DNA of 64,000 nucleotides from Patescibacteria group bacterium UBA926 (GCA_002293685.1 DBDS01000006.1:20187-84186), one strand, 5' to 3'. Shown: positions 17,181 to 26,732, counted from the first letter of the stretch. Notes: generated from the sequence alone by a model not told the origin. Numbers and translations: made by a program.

Positions 17181-17507
17181 ATGACCTTTAAACAACAGGT
17201 AATTGAAGTGGTCAGAAAAATTCCACGCGGGAAGGTAGTTAGTTATGGACAAGTCGCAGCAGCAATTGGCAGTCCCCGAGGCGCACGTCAGGTTGGTTGG
17301 GCACTTCACACGCTTGATGGTGATCATAGTGTGCCGTGGTGGCGAGTTATAAATAATGAAGGACGCATTAGTATAAAGGGGAATATGATGTCCACGCCTT
17401 TACTTCAGAAAAAGTTTTTAGAGAGTGAAGGAATTAAAGTTTCAAAAAATTTAGAAATCGATATAGAAAAATATAGACACCACTTTGCGTCGCTACTGCC
17501 GATGTAA
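17181..17507 (+). CDS. MGMT-family alkyltransferase-like (ATL) protein
   Basis: IPRGKV.SYGQVA...ARQVG; PWWRV replaces the catalytic PCHRV. Confidence 0.88.
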   Translation: MTFKQQVIEVVRKIPRGKVVSYGQVAAAIGSPRGARQVGWALHTLDGDHSVPWWRVINNEGRISIKGNMMSTPLLQKKFLESEGIKVSKNLEIDIEKYRHHFASLLPM

Positions 17508-17525
17508 CGTAACGACAACTTTAGC

Positions 17526-18116
17526 ATGAACATTTTTGTTAAAATTTTAAAGTATTTTTTATTTGCCGTATTGGTGGTTTTAATTTTGAACGTTGGCTTC
17601 ATTTATACCATCGCAAAGAGCCGACCGGAAATTGAACGCGCTGATGCAATTATTGTGTTAGGCGCCGCAATTAATACACCAGCGTTAACAAACCGAACAG
17701 CTGAGGGGTTACGCTTGTATCAAGATCGAAAAGCCGAGGTAATGGTTCTTTCTGGTGGAAAAATTTCTGAAAGCGATATTTCCGAAGCAGAATATATGGA
17801 AAAAGTAATCAATCGATTTAGTGATGAACCTGTTGAATATTTATTAGAAGAAAATTCGGGAACAACTTATGAGAATATAAAAAACTCCCAAGCTAAGCTA
17901 AGAGAAGCGGGGAGAGCTGATAATGGCTCGGTTATAATTGTGAGTGATGAGTTTCATTTAGCTCGCGGAGTTTTATTAGCCAAGCGCGCCGGTTTTGAAA
18001 CAGTTTACTGGAGTGCCCCAGCACCAAATTACTATTCACAAGAACAATTACGTTTTTACTACTTTCGCGAATTCATGGCCATGATAAACTACATCCCTAA
18101 ATTCATTTTTGGGTAA
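17526..18116 (+). CDS. YdcF/DUF218 family protein
   Basis: DAIIVLG, SGG, SEA..M, E..S.TT.EN, VSD.FHL.R. Confidence 0.9.
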   Translation: MNIFVKILKYFLFAVLVVLILNVGFIYTIAKSRPEIERADAIIVLGAAINTPALTNRTAEGLRLYQDRKAEVMVLSGGKISESDISEAEYMEKVINRFSDEPVEYLLEENSGTTYENIKNSQAKLREAGRADNGSVIIVSDEFHLARGVLLAKRAGFETVYWSAPAPNYYSQEQLRFYYFREFMAMINYIPKFIFG

Positions 18117-18118
18117 AC

Positions 18119-18147
18119 TTGCATTTTAAGACGGTTTTTGATAGAAT
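18119..18147 (+). promoter_or_regulatory. sigma70 promoter of rplJL
   Basis: TTGCAT-17 bp-TAGAAT with TGn extension. Confidence 0.75.
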
Positions 18148-18162
18148 AAAATCAACTAAATA

Positions 18163-18226
18163 ACCCAAGACAGTTGGTGGCGAAAGCCCTAAATTTGGCT
18201 AATATAAGCCAAAGCCCACCGAGGAA
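18163..18226 (+). promoter_or_regulatory. Ribosomal protein L10 leader (autoregulatory RNA)
   Basis: AAGACAGT.GGTGG..hairpin..TAAA..hairpin..CCCACCGAGG matches the L10-leader pattern, upstream of rplJ. Confidence 0.75.
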
Positions 18227-18308
18227 CGAAATGAGCGCTAATTATAGCCTTATATTTTTGACTCGGTACATACCATTAGGTAAGACCGAGTTTTGTGTTT
18301 ACTCACCC

Positions 18309-18381
18309 TGTCATTCTGAGCCCAGCTTGCTGGGTGAAGAATCTTGTTTGAGATCCTTCGGCCGTTGGCCTTAGGATGACA
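18309..18381. repeat. REP-like palindromic element TGTCATTCTGA...AGGATGACA
   Basis: Terminal inverted TGTCAT/ATGACA with internal GAATCT...AGATCCTTC; homologous to 19200-19272. Confidence 0.8.
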
Positions 18382-18674
18382 ATCACTGGTTTTTAGTTTC
18401 ACCCTGTTAAATGCCGCGAAGCGGCTCTTGCCTTAAGCAAGATTTAAGAGGGTAAAAGGTCGAAATTTCATAGCACCGAACCATCTGGCTTTGTCAGTGG
18501 TGAGGTGGCGAAGGAAAGGGGAGGCAGATTCGCGTAGCGAATCGTTGGAAGGGTGCGGGTTAAGTCCAAACTTGGTTTGGACTGCTAACCGCGGAAAACC
18601 CCTTCCGAGAAGGTTAATCCTTTGGGATTCACTCCCAAAGGTGCTAACCGGGTTTTCCCCTCCAAAGGTATTTT

Positions 18675-19190
18675 ATGGCAAAAACAAGGCAACAAAAGGA
18701 ACAAGATTTGCAGGAATTAGTAGATCGTCTAAAGGACGCGAAGAGTGTTGTATTAGCCGACTACCGCGGTACAACAGTGAAAGAAATTGACTCTTTCCGC
18801 CGCGCACTTGGCAACGAAGCTGTAACAAGCAAAGTTTACAAGATTTCTTTGATCAAGAAAGCTTTCGAAGCAAATGGCATCGATGCATCAAGTCTTGATT
18901 ATAAAACTCCAGTAATTCTTTCTGTTTCTCAAGACGATGAAGTCGCTCCGGCGCGCATCGCAAAGAATATTTCAAAAGATGTAAAGACAATCAGCATCTT
19001 AAGTGGTGTACTCGATGGTCAATTTGCATCTCGCGAACAAGTGTTGGCGTTAGCTGACTTGCCAAGCAAAGATGAACTTCGTGCCAAAGTTGTTGGTACG
19101 ATTAACGCTCCAGTTTCTGGATTCGTAAATGTTCTTGCTGGTAATCTCCGTGGCTTGATTAATGTCCTTCAAGCTGCATCTCAGAAGTAG
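18675..19190 (+). CDS. rplJ: 50S ribosomal protein L10
   Basis: K.Q....L...L..AKSVV.ADY.G.TV...R...LA.LPSKDEL.AK.VG.I.AP. Confidence 0.95.
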   Translation: MAKTRQQKEQDLQELVDRLKDAKSVVLADYRGTTVKEIDSFRRALGNEAVTSKVYKISLIKKAFEANGIDASSLDYKTPVILSVSQDDEVAPARIAKNISKDVKTISILSGVLDGQFASREQVLALADLPSKDELRAKVVGTINAPVSGFVNVLAGNLRGLINVLQAASQK

Positions 19191-19199
19191 AAAACCTTC

Positions 19200-19272
19200 T
19201 GTCATTCTGACCCTAAGCTTTCCGAAGGGGAGGAATCTTGTATTCAGATCCTTCACTGCGTTCAGGATGACA
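19200..19272. repeat. REP-like palindromic element between rplJ and rplL
   Basis: TGTCATTCTGA...GAATCT...AGATCCTTCACTGCGTTCAGGATGACA. Confidence 0.8.
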
Positions 19273-19301
19273 GGAAATAGCATAATTAATTATTTATAAA
19301 T

Positions 19302-19706
19302 ATGTCAGAAGAAAATAAGACAGTTGAAGTTCCTGCAAAGTTTGCTGACTTAGTAGGTTCTATCGAAAAGCTTTCCGTTTTGGAACTTTCCGAATTAGTT
19401 AAAGTATTAGAAGAAAAGTTTGGTGTATCCGCTGCCGCTCCTATGATGATGGCTGGTGGACCAGCTGCTGGCGGTGCTGCCGCAGCAGAAGAAAAAGATG
19501 AATTCAGTGTAGAATTGACATCTGCTGGTGAAAGCAAAATCAACGTGATCAAAGTTGTTCGCGAAGTTACCGGTCTTGGCTTGAAAGAAGCTAAGGATAT
19601 GGTAGATGGCGCTCCACAAGTTGTTAAAGAAAACGCTCCAAAGGCAGAAGCTGAAGAGCTAAAGAAGAAGCTTGAAGAAGCTGGTGGTACAGTAACTCTT
19701 AAATAA
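19302..19706 (+). CDS. rplL: 50S ribosomal protein L7/L12
   Basis: [15 protein letters not shown]...[24 protein letters not shown]. Confidence 0.97.
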   Translation: MSEENKTVEVPAKFADLVGSIEKLSVLELSELVKVLEEKFGVSAAAPMMMAGGPAAGGAAAAEEKDEFSVELTSAGESKINVIKVVREVTGLGLKEAKDMVDGAPQVVKENAPKAEAEELKKKLEEAGGTVTLK

Positions 19707-19762
19707 TGTCATTCCGGACTTGATCCGGAATCTAAAAAAGACCTCCGTTGGGGGTCTTTTTT
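19707..19762 (+). terminator. REP half-element (TGTCATTCCGGACTTGATCCGGAATCT) followed by an intrinsic terminator
   Basis: AAAAAAGACCTC...GGGGTCTTTTTT at 19734-19762 between convergent genes. Confidence 0.75.
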
Positions 19763-19780
19763 GTTGGCAATATGGTAGTC

Positions 19781-20011
19781 CTATTGGTTTGCACGGTCTG
19801 CAATTTCTTTGAAAAACTTCTTCCATCTATCAACTTGATTTTGAGCTTCAATAGTTCTAGGGCCTATGAAAGGTCTCCCATCCCATCCTTCTGATTTACC
19901 AGCCCATGCTCCTGGAGCAATTTTTGTCCATCCAGCCTCGATTAATCTTTCTTCTTGTTGCTGTGCTTTCTCCTGTCGCTTCTTTTCTCGGTAAGCTCTT
20001 CCCATATTCAA
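19781..20011 (-). CDS. Hypothetical protein
   Basis: 76-aa ORF with GGAGG upstream, following the 20030 gene. Confidence 0.5.
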   Translation of the reverse strand: MNMGRAYREKKRQEKAQQQEERLIEAGWTKIAPGAWAGKSEGWDGRPFIGPRTIEAQNQVDRWKKFFKEIADRANQ

Positions 20012-20029
20012 TTTTCCTCCAACCTATAT

Positions 20030-22060
20030 TTAAAAACTAACTCTTAGCAACTCACTTCCATTTAGAATATGAATGTTGCGGGCGGATTCGTTGACTGCAA
20101 AGTCTCTCATGTCAGTGAATTGATCGCTGGTTAAAGTCTGAACCATGCCACCATCTTTGTTTAGGATCACAATCCTTCGTTTTGATGGATCGAGCACGTA
20201 AATGTTTTGGTAGTTTATTTCGGTGTAGAGTTTGCCTGCATCAGAGAAGTCGGTGATTGCTGAATTAAATGGTTGTTTGCTACCTGCGTTAAACTTATGA
20301 ATAGTGCCGCCGGATAAAACGTAGATGTTTCCATCAATGGCTAAGTCGACTGCATCACGAACTACATCATCAGTAACAGAAGTGGTTTGGCCGCCGAAAG
20401 TTCGTCCGGTTGTGGTGTAGCTTTTTATTTGCCCAACAGATCTATCGATTATATAGACTCGGTTGTTGGTTGGATAAGTTTTAATTCCTCCGAAATCAGC
20501 AGTGCTTGGGATTCCGGTGGTAAACCTTCCAGTTACGATGTCGCCATTAATATCCCAGATGAATAGCTCACTGCCGTTGTAAATCGCGGCGAGGTTATTA
20601 TTGAGGGCGATACTATCAAGGATAGATTCACTAGAGCGAAGCGCGTTGTCGGCAATCACTGTGCTGGTTTTGTTGTAGCTAACAATTGTGCGGTTGGTTT
20701 CGGTTGCAAGAAAGTTTGGTAAATCAATTAAATGTTGGGCGTTGCCAAGACTTCCTAGGTTAGTGACGTTAGCTTGTTCAACTTTACTTAGCTTTTTGCT
20801 TAAATCATCAGCCATTGTGCGTAATTCCTGTGCAAGGTTACGTTGGGCATCATCTGGGAATTCCGCAGGGAGGTCAGCGATTAACTCTTGGGCTTCTGAA
20901 AGTAAACCAGCTGCCTGGGCTTCATCACCATAAAGAATCGCCGCATTACTATCATTTAGTTTGCTTTCAATTTGTTCAAGTTGGGCGCTAGCGCTTTGAA
21001 CCATCTCAGTTTGATTTTTGTTCACTCTTACAATCACTAGATTAGCCACGAGTGCCAACAATAAAATTACTGCGGAGATTAAGAAGAATTTTTTCTGTCG
21101 ACTAAAATTTGAAATCTGACTTGGTTGAAACTTTGCTGCTGTTTTCTTTAGATGGCCTTGAACTATGCTAACCGATTCACCGCTCCTATCAGCAACTCCG
21201 CGCCAGAAACTCGGCTTTAAATATTTATTTTTTAAATCACCAGCAAAATTTTTCGCAATTAACATTCCAGTACTGGCACCAGTCATAACTTTAGATTTAA
21301 TTTTTGGCGGGATCCAACTTTTTCCTGATTCTTGTTCATCATCTTCTTGTGGTCCGGCCAAGTACTGACCCAAATCTACTTCTTCATCTGTTATTGAACC
21401 CGCCTCCACCTGAAGTGCGAAGATAGTACCACAAGCGACTTCTGGCCCCATCTCAGATTGGAGATATTCAATCATACTTTGTGCAGCTAGAGGGAGTTCG
21501 TTTTGGTCTAACAAAGATTTAATGCGATCTATGGAGATATGGTTCAACAACTGCGAAGTTGAAAGAATGAACATATCATTAAGCTTGAGTTTGCCTTCCG
21601 AAAATTGTTCAAAAGTTTTAAGAGGTTGATTATTGCTTGATGCTTCGGTGACAGAAACAAACTTACCTTCACGATAAAGTAGGGCAGATATCTTTCCAAC
21701 AGTCGCAACACTCAAAATATTGTTATTTTTTACAGCTACAACTGCATTGAGTTTGCCTAGCCAGTGAGTTTTTCCTAGAGTGACAAGTTTGGCAAGTTCT
21801 TCATTGATGGTTGCTAGTGCGTTCTCAAAAATACTTGCGCGGTAAGTTTTTCGGTAGCTACGCTTGAGTGATGCAGTAATAGCTTCGGCGATGCGTTGAC
21901 ATTCTTCTTTTGCCGCAGGGTTAAATAACGGCATTTCGCAGATTACATAGAGTTCAGTGCCAGATATATCGATGGTCTCGGCAAGAGTGAATACAAAACT
22001 ACTCGCTTGGCGATTATCGCCGAGTTGGATTTTGACTACTTGGGTTTCTAATTCGGTCAT
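20030..22060 (-). CDS. Bitopic membrane protein: degenerate PP2C-like N-domain, TM, extracellular beta-propeller
   Basis: L.VA.VG...L.R.G...F..G.L..ND.FIL.T pattern; TM at ~325-345; NHL-like DLAIDGNIYVL / IYVLDP..RIV..K.G repeats. Confidence 0.6.
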   Translation of the reverse strand: MTELETQVVKIQLGDNRQASSFVFTLAETIDISGTELYVICEMPLFNPAAKEECQRIAEAITASLKRSYRKTYRASIFENALATINEELAKLVTLGKTHWLGKLNAVVAVKNNNILSVATVGKISALLYREGKFVSVTEASSNNQPLKTFEQFSEGKLKLNDMFILSTSQLLNHISIDRIKSLLDQNELPLAAQSMIEYLQSEMGPEVACGTIFALQVEAGSITDEEVDLGQYLAGPQEDDEQESGKSWIPPKIKSKVMTGASTGMLIAKNFAGDLKNKYLKPSFWRGVADRSGESVSIVQGHLKKTAAKFQPSQISNFSRQKKFFLISAVILLLALVANLVIVRVNKNQTEMVQSASAQLEQIESKLNDSNAAILYGDEAQAAGLLSEAQELIADLPAEFPDDAQRNLAQELRTMADDLSKKLSKVEQANVTNLGSLGNAQHLIDLPNFLATETNRTIVSYNKTSTVIADNALRSSESILDSIALNNNLAAIYNGSELFIWDINGDIVTGRFTTGIPSTADFGGIKTYPTNNRVYIIDRSVGQIKSYTTTGRTFGGQTTSVTDDVVRDAVDLAIDGNIYVLSGGTIHKFNAGSKQPFNSAITDFSDAGKLYTEINYQNIYVLDPSKRRIVILNKDGGMVQTLTSDQFTDMRDFAVNESARNIHILNGSELLRVSF

Positions 22061-22217
22061 GAAATTGGCAGAAAATGAGAGATTAAAGACATTCCCAGTG
22101 TTTTTGCTAGCTGAATCTGAGATTGAATATTGATACTACTATTATACCATTTTCTCACAGAATTGCAGGGCTTTTAAATAAGTACTAAATTTTGGGTATG
22201 TTATAATAATTTTACTT

Positions 22218-22940
22218 ATGGTTACATTACTTTCTGATATTCTTGATTCGAAACAGCCAGCAGATTTGTTAGCTTTTTTATTGGTTGCTCCTGAGCGAGC
22301 TTTCTCGGTTCGCGAACTGGCTGTTCGGCTAAACACTACCTCTGCGAGTGTAAATAACTCTATTAAAACCTTAGAGCAAACAAATTTTGTGAATTCTTTT
22401 AACAAAGGAAGCACTAAATTTTACTTATTAAATTTGCGACACGCCCAGGTAAAGGGTTTACGTGAGCAATCTTTGGCAGAACTCGGTGCGTGGCCTGATG
22501 AGTTGTTTGCGAGTCTAAAAAAACTTGGTCAGTTGTCAGGGATTTTCTTATCGGGATTGTTTGTTGGTCGAACTGAATTACCCGTGGATATGTTGTTAGT
22601 AGGGAAGGTGAGTTTAGGTAAATTAGAAGGTTTTCTTGATACAACAAAGAAATTAACTGGAAATGAGATAAATTATAGTATTATGACGCGCGAAGAGTTT
22701 GAACTGCGCCGTGATACTTTCGATAGATTTATTAAAGATATTTTTGACTACCCACACATAGTTGTTTACGATAAGCCGAAGCCTACGCGCGTAAGATCAG
22801 AGAAGAAGACTGTTGTTAAAACAAAGCCTAAGTTAAAAGTGAAAGCTAAAGCTGTGGTGAAGAAAAAAAATACTAAGAAAATCGCAAAAAAAGTTGTAAA
22901 AACTAAAAAAGCAAAAACTGCTTTAAAAAAGAGAAAATAA
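22218..22940 (+). CDS. wHTH + nucleotidyltransferase-like domain protein with Lys-rich tail
   Basis: F.VRELA.RL...V...LE...FV wHTH; LSG.FV....VD.LLVG...EINY MNT-like; K-rich C-terminus. Confidence 0.65.
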   Translation: MVTLLSDILDSKQPADLLAFLLVAPERAFSVRELAVRLNTTSASVNNSIKTLEQTNFVNSFNKGSTKFYLLNLRHAQVKGLREQSLAELGAWPDELFASLKKLGQLSGIFLSGLFVGRTELPVDMLLVGKVSLGKLEGFLDTTKKLTGNEINYSIMTREEFELRRDTFDRFIKDIFDYPHIVVYDKPKPTRVRSEKKTVVKTKPKLKVKAKAVVKKKNTKKIAKKVVKTKKAKTALKKRK

Positions 22941-22943
22941 TAT

Positions 22944-23174
22944 ATGGACATCTTCTATCAATTATATGAACAATTTTTGAGTTATTTTCCAAGCTTCTTA
23001 CATCCAGTAATTTCGATTGGTTTAGCTGTTTTGTTCGTCTACTCTGTGTTTCAAGCCTTGAAGCAAAACATTATTTTCATAATTATATTAGTGGTTTTAT
23101 TACCTGCTTCAATTCCAATTTTAAAAAGTGTTCTGGATATAATTGTTAACATTGTTAAGTTTTTATTACCTTAG
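22944..23174 (+). CDS. Small membrane protein
   Basis: Two hydrophobic helices, coupled to the upstream gene. Confidence 0.65.
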   Translation: MDIFYQLYEQFLSYFPSFLHPVISIGLAVLFVYSVFQALKQNIIFIIILVVLLPASIPILKSVLDIIVNIVKFLLP

Positions 23175-23227
23175 AGGAGTTGGGGATAACTAGACTAACA
23201 GCCGATATTTCGGCTGTTTTTGTATGT

Positions 23228-23256
23228 TTGACATAGGGTGAACGATTGTATACTAT
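23228..23256 (+). promoter_or_regulatory. lexA promoter with candidate SOS-box-like site
   Basis: TTGACA(23228)-17 bp-TACTAT(23251); GAAC-gatt-GTAT (23240-23251) resembles the Gram-positive GAAC-N4-GTTC box. Confidence 0.55.
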
Positions 23257-23280
23257 ACATATACAAGAGAACAAATTTAA

Positions 23281-23901
23281 TTGAAACATATGAGCATCAC
23301 AGATAGACAAAAAGAATTACTGGAATTTATAGTCAGACAAATTAGGGAGCACAGTCTTCCACCCTCGCTTTCCGAAATGGCAGATCACCTTGGGGTTAAA
23401 TCAAAGAACGCGGTTTCAAAATTATTGGCCAGTTTAGAAGATGGTGGTTACATAGAGACTTCTGGAAAGGCTCGGGGCGTGAAAGTTTTAAACAGCTTAA
23501 CCGATAGTTTGCAAAAAGGTTTAATCAGAGTTCCGGTGCTGGGTTCGATTCAAGCAGGTTCTCCTCACTTAGCAGAAGAGTTTGTAGAAGAATGGGTGAA
23601 TTTGCCGCAAACCTTAATCAAGGGCCGGCGCGATGTCTTTCTTCTGAGAGTAAGAGGGGATAGTATGATAAACGCAGGAATCCATGAAGGAGACTTAGTA
23701 ATAGTAAGACCAACTAGAGAAGCCAAGAATAATGATATCGTTGTCGCACTGCTTCACGATGAAGCTACGGTGAAGAGGTTTGTACAGATTAAAAACAGAG
23801 CATACTTAAAAGCAGAGAATCCAGATTATCAGAACATCTATCCAAAAGAAGAGTGGATGATACAGGGAAAAGTAGTAGGCGTAATTCGAAACTTGGAATA
23901 A
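23281..23901 (+). CDS. lexA: SOS repressor LexA
   Basis: T.RQ.E.L.FI...PPS..E.A..LG..S, G.IQAG.P cleavage site, V.GDSM, ATVKR; real start may be ATG 23290. Confidence 0.93.
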   Translation: MKHMSITDRQKELLEFIVRQIREHSLPPSLSEMADHLGVKSKNAVSKLLASLEDGGYIETSGKARGVKVLNSLTDSLQKGLIRVPVLGSIQAGSPHLAEEFVEEWVNLPQTLIKGRRDVFLLRVRGDSMINAGIHEGDLVIVRPTREAKNNDIVVALLHDEATVKRFVQIKNRAYLKAENPDYQNIYPKEEWMIQGKVVGVIRNLE

Positions 23902-23902
23902 G

Positions 23903-24029
23903 GCTCGTTGCGCTCGTAAATTTGACTATCTCCTTTGTCGTCAGTTCCGGTGCTCGCTCTGCGTACGTTTCAGTACGCGGCGCTCCGCTCCTCACTGACT
24001 TCGCGGATCTGATTCAAATTTACTTCGCT
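23903..24029. repeat. Palindromic intergenic repeat element
   Basis: GTAAATTTGA(23916)/TCAAATTTAC(24014), GTCAGT/ACTGAC and GCGTAC/GTACGC nested arms with GCTCG/CGCT motifs. Confidence 0.55.
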
Positions 24030-24084
24030 TAGATTTAATTAATTATCAATCAACTTATATTTAACAACCGTAATTTATACGATT

Positions 24085-24267
24085 ATGTCTGATTTAGAAT
24101 TAACAAAAAAAGAAATCATAGCCAAGTTGCAGAAACTTTGTGCGCACTGTGCTTCCAAAAGAAAGCATGTGTGCAATGTTCAAAGGATCTCTCTTCAGGT
24201 GAAAGCATTTCGAGGAATTCCGCTTATTGTCAACAATGAGTTCCGTGGTGTAATATATAGCCAATAA
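24085..24267 (+). CDS. Small Cys/His (putative Zn-binding) protein downstream of lexA
   Basis: CAHC-x5-HVC motif, 60 aa. Confidence 0.6.
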   Translation: MSDLELTKKEIIAKLQKLCAHCASKRKHVCNVQRISLQVKAFRGIPLIVNNEFRGVIYSQ

Positions 24268-24299
24268 CTCCCTAGTTAGCCGAAGGAGGGCTATAGGTC

Positions 24300-24428
24300 A
24301 TGTATGAACATCCCGAAAAGCGAATGGGTAGTATTGCTACGCAGAGCATTAGTAGTTTCAGCTTACTGAACTTACTTTTCTCAGTATTGTTGGTCTTTGC
24401 CTTAATTTTCCTTCGGAAAATTAGGTGA
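24300..24428 (+). CDS. 42-aa single-TM peptide (not in ORF track)
   Basis: MYEHPEKRMGSIATQSISSFSLLNLLFSVLLVFALIFLRKIR; strong AAGGAGG upstream; terminator downstream. Confidence 0.5.
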   Translation: MYEHPEKRMGSIATQSISSFSLLNLLFSVLLVFALIFLRKIR

Positions 24429-24464
24429 CAGATTACTCAAATTGGGTTAAAATCTCGTTATATT

Positions 24465-24490
24465 AAGTGTCTGTAATAAGACACTTTTTT
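24465..24490 (+). terminator. Intrinsic terminator
   Basis: AAGTGTCT-gtaata-AGACACTT-TTTT. Confidence 0.7.
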
Positions 24491-24542
24491 CTTTTTCCCC
24501 TTAAGTATGAGCAATATTCACATCGAATAGACAGAACTGCTA

Positions 24543-24571
24543 TTGACAAAAAGGGCAAAATGAAGTATACT
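24543..24571 (+). promoter_or_regulatory. sigma70 promoter
   Basis: TTGACA-17 bp-TATACT. Confidence 0.75.
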
Positions 24572-24674
24572 AATCAGATTTATTACTAACCGCCAGGTTG
24601 GAGTAAATCAAGTAATTCATTAACTGATTGCTGAAAAGGATTTAGCCTGTTGCTAAAAACAATTTTCACCAATC

Positions 24675-26711
24675 ATGAGAGCAATTAAAATGCGTAACAT
24701 TTTAACTAATCGTCGTTTTGGTCTTTTGGGAACAATTTTGGCGGTAGTTGCTGTGAGCTTGGTACTAGCCTTGATCCCTCAAGTTACTGCAGTGAATACA
24801 TCTGCAGATAATTGTACTAACCCACCAACAACCCCAACATTGAACTATTGGCCAATCACTTACGATGATGTGAATACACCAGAATGTCATGACTTCAGAG
24901 CCATCGACGCTGCTGTGTATAATCCAAACGGTTCTCCTGTCTTTTCACAAAGTGAAGCAGATTGGCAGAACGGTTTACAGTTGAATGTAGGCCAAGAAGG
25001 TGTAGCGTTAATTTACGTTCACAATGGTGCTGCAAACAACTTACCATCAAGTCAAACTTTGGCTAAGAATGTGAAGGTAACCACCGCGACTGATACTCGC
25101 GCTGGTAGCACTCACAAATTGTCTGTACGTTTAGCTGGTGACAACACTAATGTTGTTAACGAAAGCTTTACTGTACACACCCCTGCAAACGCTAAATTGG
25201 AAGTAGTTCCAAACAGCGGATTCATGTACGACTACGAAGGTAACTTAGTTTTGGATTCTCAAAACTTGAACCTTGGAAACTCTACATATACATTGGGTGA
25301 CCTTGATGCGTGTTTTGAATACAGCATCTTCCTTACTTACCGATTCAAGGTAGTTGCTGAACAGCCACAACCACAGAACACAAACTTATCTATCACAAAG
25401 AAAGTTCGTAGTCTAGATAAGAACACTGCATTCGCAGATTCTGTGACTGTTGATCAAAACGAACGTGTTCAGTACCAAGTTGTTGTTCGTAACACTGGAA
25501 ACAATGTTGCAAAGACTACAACTATGACCGATAATGGCACTTCTGGTGTTCAAATCGATGCTGGTTCTACAACTGTCGGTATTGCCAATGATGCATTACT
25601 TACTAACGATTTATGGCAGGGAGCGATTCCTGGAACCGTAAATCTTGGCGACCTAGCAGTTGGCGAGCAACGTGTAATTACTTACACAGGTAAAGTTACT
25701 GCTGCAAGCGGAACTTTAGTAAACACTGCAACTGCAATTGCAAGCAATGCTTCCCGGGTTTCTGACACAGCATCTGTAATTGTTCGCACTGTTACTCCTG
25801 GTCATGGAAAACTTGCTATTACTAAGCAAGTGAAGAACCAATCTACTGGCACTAACTTCTCTTCTGAAGTTAACGCTCGTACCGGTGAACGTGTTGTCTT
25901 TAAGATGACTGTTACCAACACTGGAAACGCAACCTTGCACAACGTTCGCCTTACAGATCCTATTCCATCTGGTTTGCAATTTGATGATTCAGTTGCAACT
26001 GAAGGAACTCCTAGTTATAACGCAAACACTTTATCTGTAAACTTTGGTAACTTACCAGCTGGTGCAACTCGCACTGTTGAGTTTGCTGCTAAAGTATTAG
26101 CAACTGGTAACACTCGTATCTGTAACGTTGCAACCGCAACTGCTGATGGGGTTAGCTCCGTTCAAGCGCAGGCTTGTGTTAATGTAATTACAACTCCAAA
26201 GCCTGGCACTCCAAACATTGTTCTTTCTAAGAAAGCATACAATGATACTAAGAAAGTAGATGCAACAACTGTAAACGCTAGTCGTGGTGACACAATTACC
26301 TTTACATTGACAACTACTAACACTGGTACTGCAGACGCTGTTAACTACGTAATCACTGATGATTTATCTCAAGTATTACCACTAGCAGATATCGTTTCTG
26401 CAACAGGTGGTCAAATTAATGGAAATGTTCTTACATATCCTGCAATGACTATCAAACCGGGCGAAACTGTTACTAAACAGTTTACCGTTCGCGTTAAGAC
26501 TTCATTAGCTCCAACTTTGTCTTTCCAAATTAAGAATACTTATGGTAACACTGTTGTTATCAATATTCCTGGAAACATCGTTTATGAAGCTCCTAAGACC
26601 GGTGTAGCCGGTGTTGCTGGCGCTTCTGCTGTAGCTTTCGCTGGTCTTTTGACCGCTGGTGCAGTAGCTGTACGTCGTGGTCGTGATATCCTTAAGTTCA
26701 TTTTCGTTTAA
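24675..26711 (+). CDS. DUF11-repeat surface protein with C-terminal PKTG-TM-basic sorting signal
   Basis: Signal peptide; three L.I.K...G..V.F...V.NTG....NV...D..P repeats; APKTG + hydrophobic helix + RR. Confidence 0.82.
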   Translation: MRAIKMRNILTNRRFGLLGTILAVVAVSLVLALIPQVTAVNTSADNCTNPPTTPTLNYWPITYDDVNTPECHDFRAIDAAVYNPNGSPVFSQSEADWQNGLQLNVGQEGVALIYVHNGAANNLPSSQTLAKNVKVTTATDTRAGSTHKLSVRLAGDNTNVVNESFTVHTPANAKLEVVPNSGFMYDYEGNLVLDSQNLNLGNSTYTLGDLDACFEYSIFLTYRFKVVAEQPQPQNTNLSITKKVRSLDKNTAFADSVTVDQNERVQYQVVVRNTGNNVAKTTTMTDNGTSGVQIDAGSTTVGIANDALLTNDLWQGAIPGTVNLGDLAVGEQRVITYTGKVTAASGTLVNTATAIASNASRVSDTASVIVRTVTPGHGKLAITKQVKNQSTGTNFSSEVNARTGERVVFKMTVTNTGNATLHNVRLTDPIPSGLQFDDSVATEGTPSYNANTLSVNFGNLPAGATRTVEFAAKVLATGNTRICNVATATADGVSSVQAQACVNVITTPKPGTPNIVLSKKAYNDTKKVDATTVNASRGDTITFTLTTTNTGTADAVNYVITDDLSQVLPLADIVSATGGQINGNVLTYPAMTIKPGETVTKQFTVRVKTSLAPTLSFQIKNTYGNTVVINIPGNIVYEAPKTGVAGVAGASAVAFAGLLTAGAVAVRRGRDILKFIFV

Positions 26712-26732
26712 TCGAAACTGAACAAGTTATCA

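Noticed and set aside
18174-18790. ORFs 18174-18374 and 18491-18790
   Set aside because: TTG-start frames crossing the L10 leader, palindromic repeats and rplJ; not protein-like
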